64,000 nucleotides of DNA from Candidatus Aenigmatarchaeota archaeon (GTDB taxonomy: Archaea > Aenigmatarchaeota > Aenigmatarchaeia > JACPZZ01): contig JACQNZ010000008.1 in NCBI GenBank assembly GCA_016202815.1, forward strand, positions 33,932-97,931. The letters are read 5' to 3'. How positions within the stretch are numbered: the first letter of the stretch is position 1; each line of letters begins with the position of its first letter. Of the stretch, positions 1-9,992 are shown piece by piece. Made by a program: the position numbers and the translations under genes. The notes beneath the pieces are model-generated. The model searched no databases, was not told the origin of the DNA, and was given only the letters and a program-made list of their open reading frames with translations.

Positions 1-3000
1 TCGTTGTAGTAGCCGTAGTTGTGGTTGTCGTCGTTGTCGTAGTTGTTGTCATCGGGCCACCGCTCCCGCCCCCAGACGACCCGCCGGAAGGCGGCGGCTG
101 CGATGCGCAGCCTGCGCAAGGACCGCCGCAATCCACGCCAGCCTCGTCCTGGTTTTGTATGTTGTCGCTGCATGTGGGCATCACGAAAGCCCCGTACAGG
201 CTGAAATGCGTCGAGTTGGCCCATATGTATTTTTCCGTTGCGTTGACGCCGCCCACATTCGCACCGCTGAATGGCAGCCACGTCCCGTTGGGATGGTTGT
301 AATATATCCTGAGATTGTTTTCATCATAGCCTGCAGGAACATCGGAGGTGTGGTAAAATATCCTCATCTCTACCCAGTTGAGCGTGCTGTTTAACCAGCC
401 GCCGACAGTTATTTCTGAAAATTTGTTTATCGCGACCGCAGCAGGGTTTTGGTTGGATGGGTTTGAATTGTATGACGCGACGGCTATAGAATCCGCGCTG
501 CCCGAATCTGAAGAGGAGCTTATGTTGAGGCTGATGTTCAATTCGGACGACAGGTTAATCTCTATTTTTTCCCTGACCGGGACGGATTCATTGCTGTACA
601 ACGACGCCCCGCCAGAAGGCGTTATCGTGAAATTACCCAAAGAATAATTCGCGGAATTGGCCCAGTGGTCGGTTATGGAGACGTTGGCCATGAACAACCC
701 GGAGCCCAGCACGGAAACGTTAAAGGACCGGAAATACGTTGTCCTGTTTGCATATCCTGCGCCCTTGCTGACCACATGCCTCATTGGAAGGACCGCAATG
801 CCGGGGTTCGTCGTGTTGTAAATTATCAGGATTGATGTTGTGGCGCTGTAATCGTCGGAAACTGCAATTGCGGTCACGTTGCCTGCGGATCCTGCGCGCC
901 TTGGAAGCAGGACGCCTTCCGCCAATATCGGCTCGGACGTGTCCACGGTTCGAAGTATGAAATTTTCAAGCGTGGCGTTTGCTGTGTAGTTTTCATTGCC
1001 TGACGAATTGGCCGATATGTTGAATATTCCGGTAAGCGTGGCAAAACCTGGAAATGAGTTGATGCCTGTCGAAGACTGCATCAATAAAATGCCGTCTGGC
1101 GTTGTGTTCGTGTACAGGCGCGTTTCGATGTTGTTGTCTACGGAGGATGAATTTACCTGGAACGCGCCGGGAATTTCTACTACAGTCGCATTCGCCCTTA
1201 ATGTGGTGTACGCCGAGGTGTTCTTTTTTATTGCGTAATTCCACGCGCTTGTCCTATTCCAGTTGCCGGATGTGTCGTTTACATACCAAGCCAGGAAATA
1301 GCCGGTTTCATTGGCGGCCAAATCGGCTATAACCACAGACCAGTTGCCGGATTTTATCCGTGCCAGGCTGCCGCCGCCACCTCCGCCGCCAGTGGCTGGC
1401 CCGCCAGCGCCCGGTCCGACGGGAGTGCTTGTTTCTGCGCTGAATTCCGAAAGCGCCGGTGCGGAATATGTTATGCGGCTCGCCGTGTAATTCGAAGAAC
1501 CGAAATTCAATATCACATGCGATATTCCAAAGTTGTCCTGTACGCTCACGTTGAAGACGTAGGCTCTTCCCGGATGATATTCTGTCCCGCTGCCGGGCGT
1601 GCTTAGGTTTGTTGGCATCAGCGGCGCTTCGTTGTCTTTAACGGTTGCGAAGAATGTCTGCGAAGACGCTGAATAATTTTCATCGCCTGCAAAGTAAGCG
1701 GTCATGTTAAACACGCCAAGCGATGCAAGCAGGGTCACGTTGCGCAAAACTGTCAAGGATTTCTGGTCCTCCCAGCCTGACATATTCGACGTAAGGGTCA
1801 CATTTTTGCCCGTGATGTTTACAAAGGCTGTGAAATTGGAGTGCGTGTACACGTCATAATTGAAGTTGTTCATAGTGCCGTTTAACAGTAATGCCGTGTT
1901 CGTAGGTTGTTTGGCCACGTTAAACGCCAGTACTGGGGTATCGTTCCAGTTGTCAATCGTGTTGTTGGCATACCATTTGTACGAGTACGGCCCGGCCGAC
2001 GGGTCTGTGAAGTTTATCCAGAAAACGCCCGCAGAATTGTTCACGACAGCCGGAGACGAGCTTTTCGTGTAATTGGTTGAGTTTAACTGGAATACAACAT
2101 GCGGAATTGATGATGTGCCGTTTCCTTCCGTGTCATTCCATTTTATCTGGAAGCTGTAATTTTCGTTGGCGTTGTACATCGCGGGAAGTGCGGAATAATT
2201 CAAAGACCACGACGGCGCATAAGACGGGTGGATGGTAATCAGCAATTTCCATTTCGTAATATTTCCGGTGTCCGCTTCTGCGTAATCGGTTGCGTTCAGG
2301 AACCATGTCCCGTTGACAGGCTCGCCTATGAACTGGTGAAGGCCTTCGAACGTGGCAGGCAGCGACTCGTTCCCGTACCATTTGAAAATGTTTTTGGTAG
2401 AGCCTCCTGTGCGGCCGTGGAGGGTTATCACTTTACCAGAAGGCGATTGCAATTTTACCCTAAGGTCTCCGATGTAGGTGTGGTTTATCCCGACAAACAC
2501 CGAGACATTGCTGACAATTCCGATAAATGTATCAGGAACAGTTATCGAACTGTAGTTGCCCGGAAGCGGCCAGTCATTTATCTTGATCGGTGTGTTGTTC
2601 TCGAAAAGATAGGTCTTGTCCCCGAGCCTTCCGAAAATGCGCGTAACGCAATTTGAATTTGGTATTCCGTGGTTGCTGGAAAACGCCCTGCAAATCTCGT
2701 TGATGTGCGGGGTGCCGTCTGAGAGGTCGCCGTTGTTGTCGTCTATTACGAGCATGTCGGCAAGGAACTGTGTAAACGTTTGCCCTTTCAATTTCATCGT
2801 TCTTATTGTCAGGTTGTCCGCCGTGCTGTTGCCTAACAGGCCCCGCAAATCCCATAACGCGCCTGACAATACCCTGCTGTCGTCGTGCTCTTCGCCCGTA
2901 AAGTCGCCGGGCATCTTCAGCGTGTTGTTGAGGTATCTTATCGGTTCCGGAAATATCCCGAACCCGATCACGGAATCGTTCCTCATTGTTGCAGCGAAGT

Positions 3001-4375
3001 AATCGGCCAGCCCTTCATGCATCGAGCCGCCGAATTCTTCCCCGCCGCCCGACAGCCCCATTACCCTGTCAATGATCAGGTGTCCGTATTCATGGTATAC
3101 CACATCGCTTCCAAGCGCAGTCGATTCGCATCCGCCTCCGGGCCCGAAGAAATACAGGGCGCCGGCCCCAAGGTCTGCGAACGCGTTGCAGGAGCTGGAC
3201 AAATATTCCACGGTGGCCGCGACCCGGTAGTTCATTTCATCGATGTTGAAAGGGTCGCCCTTTGTAACGAAGTCGTGTATCCTGTTTACATGGTAAAATA
3301 CGTTGGACTCTTCCTGCTTGTACGACGTGTCATTCACTGTCCAGTTCCAATCGTGTACGGAAGGCGTATTAACAAGAGCACTGTGGTTCGCTCTGGCCTG
3401 GTCGGCGTTTAGTACATTGGCGTAAGGCCCGTTCAAATTTGAAACAAGGTAAACCGAACCTGTCGGGCCTGTAATATTGTAGGATCCGTTCAAATCCGTC
3501 AATGCGGAACCCACAGCGACACCGTTCTGCCACACGGTCACGTTTAATCGGGAAAAATTTACCATAGCCTTTGGGACGCTCGGATTGTCAGGATAGACGG
3601 CGCCTGTGACATTCCCCCACACAAAAGAGTCGCGCACCATGTTTTCCTTGCCTATCACGCCGCCTTTTGCCGCATCCACAAATACGTTCCATCTTGACAT
3701 CGATTCCAGCGGAAATGAAATTTTCCACGCGAGCCTGTCCGGCGGTATTATTATCAGGGAGTAATTTTCCGGATCCGAAGCAGAGTTTAAATGGGCTTTG
3801 GCAATTTTTACGGCGTTTTCCGCAGTTATGGCGGGTTCCGCGGGCGCATCGAGGCCGGGATAAACATTGGATTTTAGCAGCACGTCTTCGCCGTTTACCG
3901 AAACCAGGCCGACATAACTGCCGTACACGGGTATTCCGTTTACGGCCTGTTCATAGAACACGTATGACGTTCCCGTCTTGTGCTCCGGGTATGCAGGTTC
4001 ATCGTAATCCACGCTGACAAGCCGCAAACTGTTGGTGTCAATTCCCAGAGCGGCCGCGTTCTCGTCAATAACGCGTTTCTGGCGCGCCGCCGGATGTGGG
4101 GATTTTTCCTGCATGCTGTTTTCGGGGACAGCAGCTTCCGGATTAAGCCGTTCCTGCCTTGCTGCCCTGCTGCCGGCGAGTAAGCGTTTTTCCGGCTTTA
4201 TCCTGACAGCTTTGCCTTCAACTATATTCACGGAATCAATGTGCTTAACAACGGCGCCTTTTGTATCATCAATTCTGTTGTCCTCAGCGGCCGTTACACT
4301 AGTCAGCAGAAACAGGACCGCTGCGGACAGGACCAGGACAGTCACGAAGCCTTTGCCCGGATGGCGCATATCCAT
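1..4375 (-). CDS. Secreted zinc metalloprotease, thermolysin-like (M4/M36-type HEYGH...E motif) with C-terminal proprotein-convertase P-domain-like region; partial (3' end runs off window)
   Basis: Minus-strand translation from ATG at 4375 gives MDMRHPGKGFVTVLVLSAAVLFLLTSVTAAED (signal peptide). The same frame at ~3094 reads VVYHEYGHLIIDRVMGLSGGGEEFGGSMHEGLADYF. No complete M-to-stop minus ORF in this frame appears in the ORF track, so the frame appears open to position 1. The plus-strand ORFs listed here are antisense artefacts. Confidence 0.6.
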   Translation of the reverse strand, partial: MDMRHPGKGFVTVLVLSAAVLFLLTSVTAAEDNRIDDTKGAVVKHIDSVNIVEGKAVRIKPEKRLLAGSRAARQERLNPEAAVPENSMQEKSPHPAARQKRVIDENAAALGIDTNSLRLVSVDYDEPAYPEHKTGTSYVFYEQAVNGIPVYGSYVGLVSVNGEDVLLKSNVYPGLDAPAEPAITAENAVKIAKAHLNSASDPENYSLIIIPPDRLAWKISFPLESMSRWNVFVDAAKGGVIGKENMVRDSFVWGNVTGAVYPDNPSVPKAMVNFSRLNVTVWQNGVAVGSALTDLNGSYNITGPTGSVYLVSNLNGPYANVLNADQARANHSALVNTPSVHDWNWTVNDTSYKQEESNVFYHVNRIHDFVTKGDPFNIDEMNYRVAATVEYLSSSCNAFADLGAGALYFFGPGGGCESTALGSDVVYHEYGHLIIDRVMGLSGGGEEFGGSMHEGLADYFAATMRNDSVIGFGIFPEPIRYLNNTLKMPGDFTGEEHDDSRVLSGALWDLRGLLGNSTADNLTIRTMKLKGQTFTQFLADMLVIDDNNGDLSDGTPHINEICRAFSSNHGIPNSNCVTRIFGRLGDKTYLFENNTPIKINDWPLPGNYSSITVPDTFIGIVSNVSVFVGINHTYIGDLRVKLQSPSGKVITLHGRTGGSTKNIFKWYGNESLPATFEGLHQFIGEPVNGTWFLNATDYAEADTGNITKWKLLITIHPSYAPSWSLNYSALPAMYNANENYSFQIKWNDTEGNGTSSIPHVVFQLNSTNYTKSSSPAVVNNSAGVFWINFTDPSAGPYSYKWYANNTIDNWNDTPVLAFNVAKQPTNTALLLNGTMNNFNYDVYTHSNFTAFVNITGKNVTLTSNMSGWEDQKSLTVLRNVTLLASLGVFNMTAYFAGDENYSASSQTFFATVKDNEAPLMPTNLSTPGSGTEYHPGRAYVFNVSVQDNFGISHVILNFGSSNYTASRITYSAPALSEFSAETSTPVGPGAGGPATGGGGGGGSLARIKSGNWSVVIADLAANETGYFLAWYVNDTSGNWNRTSAWNYAIKKNTSAYTTLRANATVVEIPGAFQVNSSSVDNNIETRLYTNTTPDGILLMQSSTGINSFPGFATLTGIFNISANSSGNENYTANATLENFILRTVDTSEPILAEGVLLPRRAGSAGNVTAIAVSDDYSATTSILIIYNTTNPGIAVLPMRHVVSKGAGYANRTTYFRSFNVSVLGSGLFMANVSITDHWANSANYSLGNFTITPSGGASLYSNESVPVREKIEINLSSELNISLNISSSSDSGSADSIAVASYNSNPSNQNPAAVAINKFSEITVGGWLNSTLNWVEMRIFYHTSDVPAGYDENNLRIYYNHPNGTWLPFSGANVGGVNATEKYIWANSTHFSLYGAFVMPTCSDNIQNQDEAGVDCGGPCAGCASQPPPSGGSSGGGSGGPMTTTTTTTTTTTTATTT

Positions 4376-4416
4376 CCGTAATCGAGATAACTATTAATAT
4401 TACACATAATTTAAAC

Positions 4417-5010
4417 ATGGAACATTATTTCAGCAAGTCGCCCAGTTCGAGAATGTCACCCGACATAATCAGTGCTATGATTAATGGCACGCCTTACAGG
4501 TTTGCGACAGGCAGCGGCGTTTTTTCAAAGGAACGTGTCGACCGTGGCACGCTGCTCTTGGCAGAATCTGTTCGCATCGGCGAAGGCGATGAAGTTCTGG
4601 ACCTCGGATGCGGCTACGGGGTCATCGGCATCGTGTTCGCAGGGCATGCCGGCAGCGTTGTCATGACAGACATCAACGAGCGTGCTGTTGAACTGGCCAA
4701 AACGAATGTGAAACTAAATGGCCTGAAAAACGCGGAAGTCCTGCAATGCGACCTTTATGACAGGCTCGGCGGCCGGAAATTCGATAAAATAGTCTGCAAC
4801 CCGCCCATACGCGCCGGGAAATCCGTGGTTAACAAAATCATCGAAGGCGCGGCAGGACATTTGGAACCCGGTGGAACCCTTTACCTGGTGGCACGCACAA
4901 AGCAGGGGGCAAAATCAATAGCAAAAAAGATGGAACAGGTTTTCGGCAACCGGGAATATGTAAGGAAGGGCGGCGGTTACAGGGTAATGGCTTCGAGGTT
5001 AACAACGTGA
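4417..5010 (+). CDS. Class I SAM-dependent methyltransferase (MTS/RsmC-like small domain)
   Basis: VLDLGCGYGVIG SAM-binding motif and VCNPPI motif; 197 aa. Confidence 0.6.
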   Translation: MEHYFSKSPSSRMSPDIISAMINGTPYRFATGSGVFSKERVDRGTLLLAESVRIGEGDEVLDLGCGYGVIGIVFAGHAGSVVMTDINERAVELAKTNVKLNGLKNAEVLQCDLYDRLGGRKFDKIVCNPPIRAGKSVVNKIIEGAAGHLEPGGTLYLVARTKQGAKSIAKKMEQVFGNREYVRKGGGYRVMASRLTT

Positions 5011-5789
5011 TAGACGCGCATTGCCATCTTACTTTCAGAAATTTTGAAGTTAACAGGGACGAAATTGTCAAAGATTCGATGGAATCCATGGATGCTGTAA
5101 TAGACAGCGCGCCGTCCACAGGAGACTCGGAAAAATCTATAAAGCTGGCTGAAAAATATCCCAATTTTGTTTTTTCATGCGTCGGCCTGCATCCAGAGGA
5201 GATACCGCGGCTTAGCCAAAAGCAGATAGACAGCCATGTGGAATTCATAAAATCGAATGCAAATAAAATTGCGGCAATAGGCGAAGTGGGCATAGACAAC
5301 TTCCATGTCAAAAACGAGGGTGACAGGAAAAAATGCGCCGAGGTTTTCACCCAATTCATCGGGCTGGCAAAAGAAATAAACAAGCCGTTGGTGATACACT
5401 CGCGCGAGGATAATGGCGAAGCCATCAGGCTGCTCGAGCGAAACGACGCGGAAAAAGTCATCATGCACTGCTTTGGAGCTGAGGCGTTTTGTAAGACGGT
5501 AATCAGCAACGGCTGGTTCGCATCTATCCCAACACTGATCGTGCGGTCTAACAAGCACAAACGCATCGCAAGGCAGACGCCCTTGGAATTGATTTTAACC
5601 GAGACCGATTCGCCCTTTCTCAGCCCGGTGCAAGGCGGGACAAATGTCCCAAAAAACGTGCGTCACGTTGTGGAAGCGGTTGCGGCGGAAAAAGGAATCA
5701 CGTTCGCAGAAGCCGACGAAGCGACAACAGGAAACGCGATACGTGCGTTCGGCCTTCCTATAAGCGCAAAACGCGAAAAAGAATCGTAG
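5007..5789 (+). CDS. tatD: TatD-family metal-dependent hydrolase (DNase)
   Basis: N-terminal IDAHCHL and the overall TatD pattern; 4-nt overlap with the upstream gene. Confidence 0.7.
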   Translation: MIDAHCHLTFRNFEVNRDEIVKDSMESMDAVIDSAPSTGDSEKSIKLAEKYPNFVFSCVGLHPEEIPRLSQKQIDSHVEFIKSNANKIAAIGEVGIDNFHVKNEGDRKKCAEVFTQFIGLAKEINKPLVIHSREDNGEAIRLLERNDAEKVIMHCFGAEAFCKTVISNGWFASIPTLIVRSNKHKRIARQTPLELILTETDSPFLSPVQGGTNVPKNVRHVVEAVAAEKGITFAEADEATTGNAIRAFGLPISAKREKES

Positions 5790-5853
5790 GGATATAAACC
5801 GGCCTGCCAGCGTATTTAACTGCGTTATTTCAGTATTAATTTCGGGCGATGGT

Positions 5854-6315
5854 TTGGGGCTAAAGGACATATTCAGCAGGGGAGGCAAAAACGTAGCCAT
5901 CTTTATCGACGGGCCGAATATGATACGCAAGGAATTTAACATCGACCTTGCGGAAGTCCGCGAACGGGCCAAAAAATACGGCCGCATCATTTATGGAAAG
6001 GTTTTTCTTAACCAGTTCGCTTCTGAAAAGCTCATCGAGGCCGTGTCGAGCCAGGGCTTTGAGCCTTTAATCGCGTTAGGCGTGGAAAAGGACCAGGACA
6101 TAGACGTTTACATGGCCGCTGAAATCATGGAAGCTTCATACAGCAGCAACATAGACGTCATCGTCATGGTGTCAAGGGATACGGACTTTCTCCCGATAAT
6201 ACAGAAGGCGAAGAAGCGCGGCAAAACGACCGTGGTCATGGGTTCCGACCCTGGATTTTCTATTGCGCTGAAAAACGCCGCCGACCATGTTGAGGATCTG
6301 ACAAAACGCGCCTGA
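5854..6315 (+). CDS. NYN/LabA-like (PIN-related) domain protein
   Basis: VAIFIDGPNM ... VMVSRDTDFLPII pattern typical of the NYN domain. Confidence 0.55.
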   Translation: MGLKDIFSRGGKNVAIFIDGPNMIRKEFNIDLAEVRERAKKYGRIIYGKVFLNQFASEKLIEAVSSQGFEPLIALGVEKDQDIDVYMAAEIMEASYSSNIDVIVMVSRDTDFLPIIQKAKKRGKTTVVMGSDPGFSIALKNAADHVEDLTKRA

Positions 6316-7539
6316 TCAATATTTGGTCCTGTATCTAAGAATCCCGCCAATGCCGCCAAGCTCTTTCAGCTGGGTTCCTTCGCGTGTGCTTGAGGAAACT
6401 ATGTGGTATTCGGTTTTAAAATCTTCAGCAGTTGTTATCGCAACGTCTATCAAATCTTCAGTAGCCGAGGTCCGCATTTCCATCCTGCACCTGGAACAAA
6501 GCTGTTTTTCATTCGGCTTGTAATCCCTGGTTTCCTCATTGCCGCAGCTGCCGCATTTTAGTTCGGATCTAATCCAGTCAAAGTCTTCTGACACTATAAG
6601 TTTTTGGAGCATGCCGTTTTGCAGCGCATCCTTGACCTTTTTCCAGCCGTAGACCGCGAGCCCGCTGTCTTTCTGAAGTTCGGTGAAAAATCCATTTAAC
6701 AGTTCTATTTCTTTTGTGACAGCCGCATTGACCAGTATCTTCTGGGCCCTGTTCACGAGCTCATGAAGACCTGGCTCATTCGTATAGGATATGTCAACAA
6801 CACCCGCAATCTTTTTTTGTAGTTCGTAATGAAGGTACCCGTCCTTTACGAATGTGTCTTTAACGGGGCCAGGCCCGCCTACGATCAAGCCCAACAGCTC
6901 TTTTTTTCCGACAAACGCCTGCGTCGCAACATCGGAAACCTCCTTCAAAAAATCGTTTAACAGGCCTTGCCGTATCCTGTCGTAGCGCGCCTGCGACCAC
7001 CCGCCAGCCGCCGTCTTTCCCGGCACGAGTGATTCAATGTGTTTGAACACGACAATTTTTTTGCCGATTAAATAGCCTATGGTAGCCTCGGATTTATCGA
7101 CAGCCAACAGGCCGTAAATTTCCTTGTCCTTTACCATCTCCTCGAGCGGCTCAAGAACAAACGACTGGTCGCACCAGTAAAGCTTGTTTTGCATTTTTTC
7201 GGGCGGTTCAATGGCCCACAATTCCATCTTCTGGGAGCCCTCTGTTTCGGAAACGTTGCCCGCGAAAAGTGCAAGCCCGTTCTCCGGCGTTTCACGGTAA
7301 AGCCTCAGGTGCTGGATTATTTTATCGAGCGCTGCCAGCACGTTGTTCCTTGTCGCTTTTGATTTTATGTTCTGCGTTGTTGAGCCTTCGCTTTTCAGCT
7401 GGTTTATGATCTCGAGAAGGTTGTAGCCGGACGGCACGTAAACCGTAACCAGTTCCGTGTGCCGGCCGCGTATTTTTTTCAGGAGACGTATGAGTTTTTT
7501 TAGCTCAACAACTTTAGTTTCATCGGCCATAAGAATCAT
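6316..7539 (-). CDS. prf1: Peptide chain release factor aRF1
   Basis: eRF1/aRF1 domain pattern (NIKS-like loop region, GGxQ-region context, C-terminal zinc ribbon). The ORF track extends to 7692, but the likely start is MILMADETK at 7539/7530, which overlaps the ValRS stop by ATGA. Confidence 0.8.
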   Translation of the reverse strand: MILMADETKVVELKKLIRLLKKIRGRHTELVTVYVPSGYNLLEIINQLKSEGSTTQNIKSKATRNNVLAALDKIIQHLRLYRETPENGLALFAGNVSETEGSQKMELWAIEPPEKMQNKLYWCDQSFVLEPLEEMVKDKEIYGLLAVDKSEATIGYLIGKKIVVFKHIESLVPGKTAAGGWSQARYDRIRQGLLNDFLKEVSDVATQAFVGKKELLGLIVGGPGPVKDTFVKDGYLHYELQKKIAGVVDISYTNEPGLHELVNRAQKILVNAAVTKEIELLNGFFTELQKDSGLAVYGWKKVKDALQNGMLQKLIVSEDFDWIRSELKCGSCGNEETRDYKPNEKQLCSRCRMEMRTSATEDLIDVAITTAEDFKTEYHIVSSSTREGTQLKELGGIGGILRYRTKY

Positions 7540-9977
7540 TTTGTAACGATGAGCAGCTTCGCGCCGATTTCCGGGACATCCGTGACGCTTTTGCGGTCCA
7601 GTATAGTGCCAAGGCGCATGTCCTTGACATTCATCACGCCGCCTACGTCTTTCAGTATTTTTGCGATTTTTGCAAGGTCGTCGTCTTTGCACTCTATTAC
7701 GAGCTGCTTTATTTCCGCGTTCAGCGGCAGCGAGTTTGACGTTTTGAATTTCCTTATCGCCGAAACTATCGATTTCGCAGCCTCGCCTGCGCCTTCCGCA
7801 TCCTGGTTTATCAAAGCTTCATTTAATTCCGGCCACCGCGTGTTGTGCACACTTGCCTTGTTTTCAAATTGCCTGAAGTGGGCTTGGTACATCTCCTCAG
7901 TTATGTGGGGCATGAAAGGCGCAAGCATCTTGACGCAGCCGAGTATGACAGTGTGCAACGTCGATTGGGCCGATTCCTTTTCCACGCCGCTGTAAAGCCT
8001 GTATTTGACAAATTCCAGATAATTGTCCGCAACTTCGTGCCACACGAAGTCGTGCAAAAGCTCGAACGCGTGCGCGAACTGGTACGTCTCAAGGTCTTTC
8101 GTTACCCCTGCTATCGTCCTGTTAAGCCTCGAAAGTATCCATTTGTCCACCGTTGATGCGGTTGTTGTCGTCGCCTCAGCCCCGTCGGAGTTGGACGCAA
8201 AAAAGCGAAATATGTTCCAGAGTTTTGTGGAAAATTTGTACGAGAACTCCATGTTCTGCCAGTTGAATGCGGCATCGCCCGAATACAAGCCCAGCATGAT
8301 CAGCCCGGTTCGCAGCGTGTCTGCGCCGTGCTTCAGCAGTATTTCATCAGGCAAAACCACGTTGCCCAGAGATTTGTGCATCTCCCTGCCGTCGGGGCCG
8401 AGTATTAAACTGTTGATAAGTATGTTTTTCCACGGTTTTTGGCCTGTTTCCAGGAAACACCTTAGTATCGTGTAATAGGCCCATGTCCTTATGATATCGT
8501 GGCCCTGTTGGCGCAAATCCGACGGGTATAGCTTTGCGTGCAGTGGGTTGTTGCGCCAGTAGCCGGACACAACAAGCGGCGTTATGGAGGAATCTATCCA
8601 GCCGTCGCACACGTCCTTTTCACCGGTTATCGCGCCGCCGCATTCGCACTTTTCCAACGCATGCTTTTCCAAGGACGTGTCAACAGGGAATTTTTCAGCC
8701 GGGTATATTTTGTCGCATTTGTCGCAATACCAGAACGGTATCGGTGTGCCGTATACGCGTTGCCTGGAAAACACCCAGTCCCAGTCCATAGAGTTGACCC
8801 AGTTGTCGAGCCTTATTTTCATGTGTTCGGGAAACCAGTTGACGTCGCTGGATATGGCCAGCACGTCCTTCGACGCGTCCTTGACTTTTATCGCCCATTG
8901 TTTCATCTGTATGAATTCAATTGGGTTTAGGCAGGCCGATCGTTCTGTGTGACACAGGACATTGTGCATGAACTTCTCCTCTTTCTCAACCAGGCCCATC
9001 ATGCCGAGTTCTTCTACGATTTTTATCCTGGCGTCCGCGATCTTCATTCCGGCAAACTGTTTTGCGTTTTCATTTAATTTTCCATGGCTGTCTATCAGGT
9101 TTATGGACGGCAGGCCATAGCGTTTTTGCCACTTTATGTCCATCTCGTCGCCGTAAGTGCACAGGTAAACCACGCCCGTGCCAAACCCGACGTCCACATC
9201 CGGGTTTGCCATGATCTTTACCTCCTGGCCGAAAATGGGGATTTTGACGGATTTGCCGGCCATGTCCGCATGGGCGTCGTCTGTAGGATTTACGAAAACC
9301 GCGACACACGCGGCCATCATTTCCGGTCGCGTAGTTGCGATTGTTATTTTCTCTCCGCCTTCGACGTCAAGCCTTATGTAATACAGGACGCCGTTTTTTT
9401 CCACATAACCGACTTCGGCCTTGGCCAACGTAGTGGAACATTTTGTGCACCACATTATCGGATGCTCCGTTCTTTCGATCAGGCCTTTGTTGAAAAGATT
9501 GACAAGCGTTTTCTGCACAAAGCCCATGTACTCCGGGGAGTCTGTGGTGTATTCATAATCCCAGTCTGACGAATATCCTATCGAGTTCATGTATTTTTTC
9601 ATGCTGGTTATGCACACGCCTGTCCATTCTTTGCATGCTTTGAGAAAAACCTCCTTGTCGGATTTTTTTATCCTGTAATCCTTCTCCACCTTCAGTTCCG
9701 TGGGCAGCCCGTGGCAGTCCCAGCCCTGCGGTAGAAGGACAGAAAAGCCGTTCATTCTCTTGAATCGTGCGATTATGTCGTTCCATGTCCACCATAGCAC
9801 ATGGCCCATGTGCGGCACACCCGACGTGAAAGGCGGGGGAGTGTCTATGACAAGCGTTTTTTCCGTTTCGATGTCAAACTTGTGGACTTTGTTTTCCTGC
9901 CAGTAGTCCTGCCACTTCTTTTCCGATGTTTTCGGGTCGTATCTTTTTTGCATTTCCATGCCATCACTTCTTCGCAA
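7536..9977 (-). CDS. valS: Valyl-tRNA synthetase (class I; IleRS less likely)
   Basis: PHMGHV (HIGH), MHKSLGNVV (KMSKS), and KLWNIFRF after GADTLR resembling the ValRS anticodon-binding region. 813 aa is short for IleRS. Confidence 0.65.
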   Translation of the reverse strand: MRRSDGMEMQKRYDPKTSEKKWQDYWQENKVHKFDIETEKTLVIDTPPPFTSGVPHMGHVLWWTWNDIIARFKRMNGFSVLLPQGWDCHGLPTELKVEKDYRIKKSDKEVFLKACKEWTGVCITSMKKYMNSIGYSSDWDYEYTTDSPEYMGFVQKTLVNLFNKGLIERTEHPIMWCTKCSTTLAKAEVGYVEKNGVLYYIRLDVEGGEKITIATTRPEMMAACVAVFVNPTDDAHADMAGKSVKIPIFGQEVKIMANPDVDVGFGTGVVYLCTYGDEMDIKWQKRYGLPSINLIDSHGKLNENAKQFAGMKIADARIKIVEELGMMGLVEKEEKFMHNVLCHTERSACLNPIEFIQMKQWAIKVKDASKDVLAISSDVNWFPEHMKIRLDNWVNSMDWDWVFSRQRVYGTPIPFWYCDKCDKIYPAEKFPVDTSLEKHALEKCECGGAITGEKDVCDGWIDSSITPLVVSGYWRNNPLHAKLYPSDLRQQGHDIIRTWAYYTILRCFLETGQKPWKNILINSLILGPDGREMHKSLGNVVLPDEILLKHGADTLRTGLIMLGLYSGDAAFNWQNMEFSYKFSTKLWNIFRFFASNSDGAEATTTTASTVDKWILSRLNRTIAGVTKDLETYQFAHAFELLHDFVWHEVADNYLEFVKYRLYSGVEKESAQSTLHTVILGCVKMLAPFMPHITEEMYQAHFRQFENKASVHNTRWPELNEALINQDAEGAGEAAKSIVSAIRKFKTSNSLPLNAEIKQLVIECKDDDLAKIAKILKDVGGVMNVKDMRLGTILDRKSVTDVPEIGAKLLIVTK

Positions 9978-9992
9978 ACTTGTCCTGGATAT

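Noticed and set aside
2228-4397. Plus-strand ORFs 2228..2656, 2885..3412, 3667..4017 and 4032..4397
   Set aside because: They are antisense to a continuous minus-strand metalloprotease frame with a clear HEYGH motif and signal peptide, and have no recognisable features.
7540-7692. 51-aa N-terminal extension of aRF1 (MQRRRPCKNRKN...)
   Set aside because: It is R-rich junk overlapping the valS 3' end. aRF1 homology begins at MILMADETK, and ATGA coupling to the valS stop supports the start at 7539.
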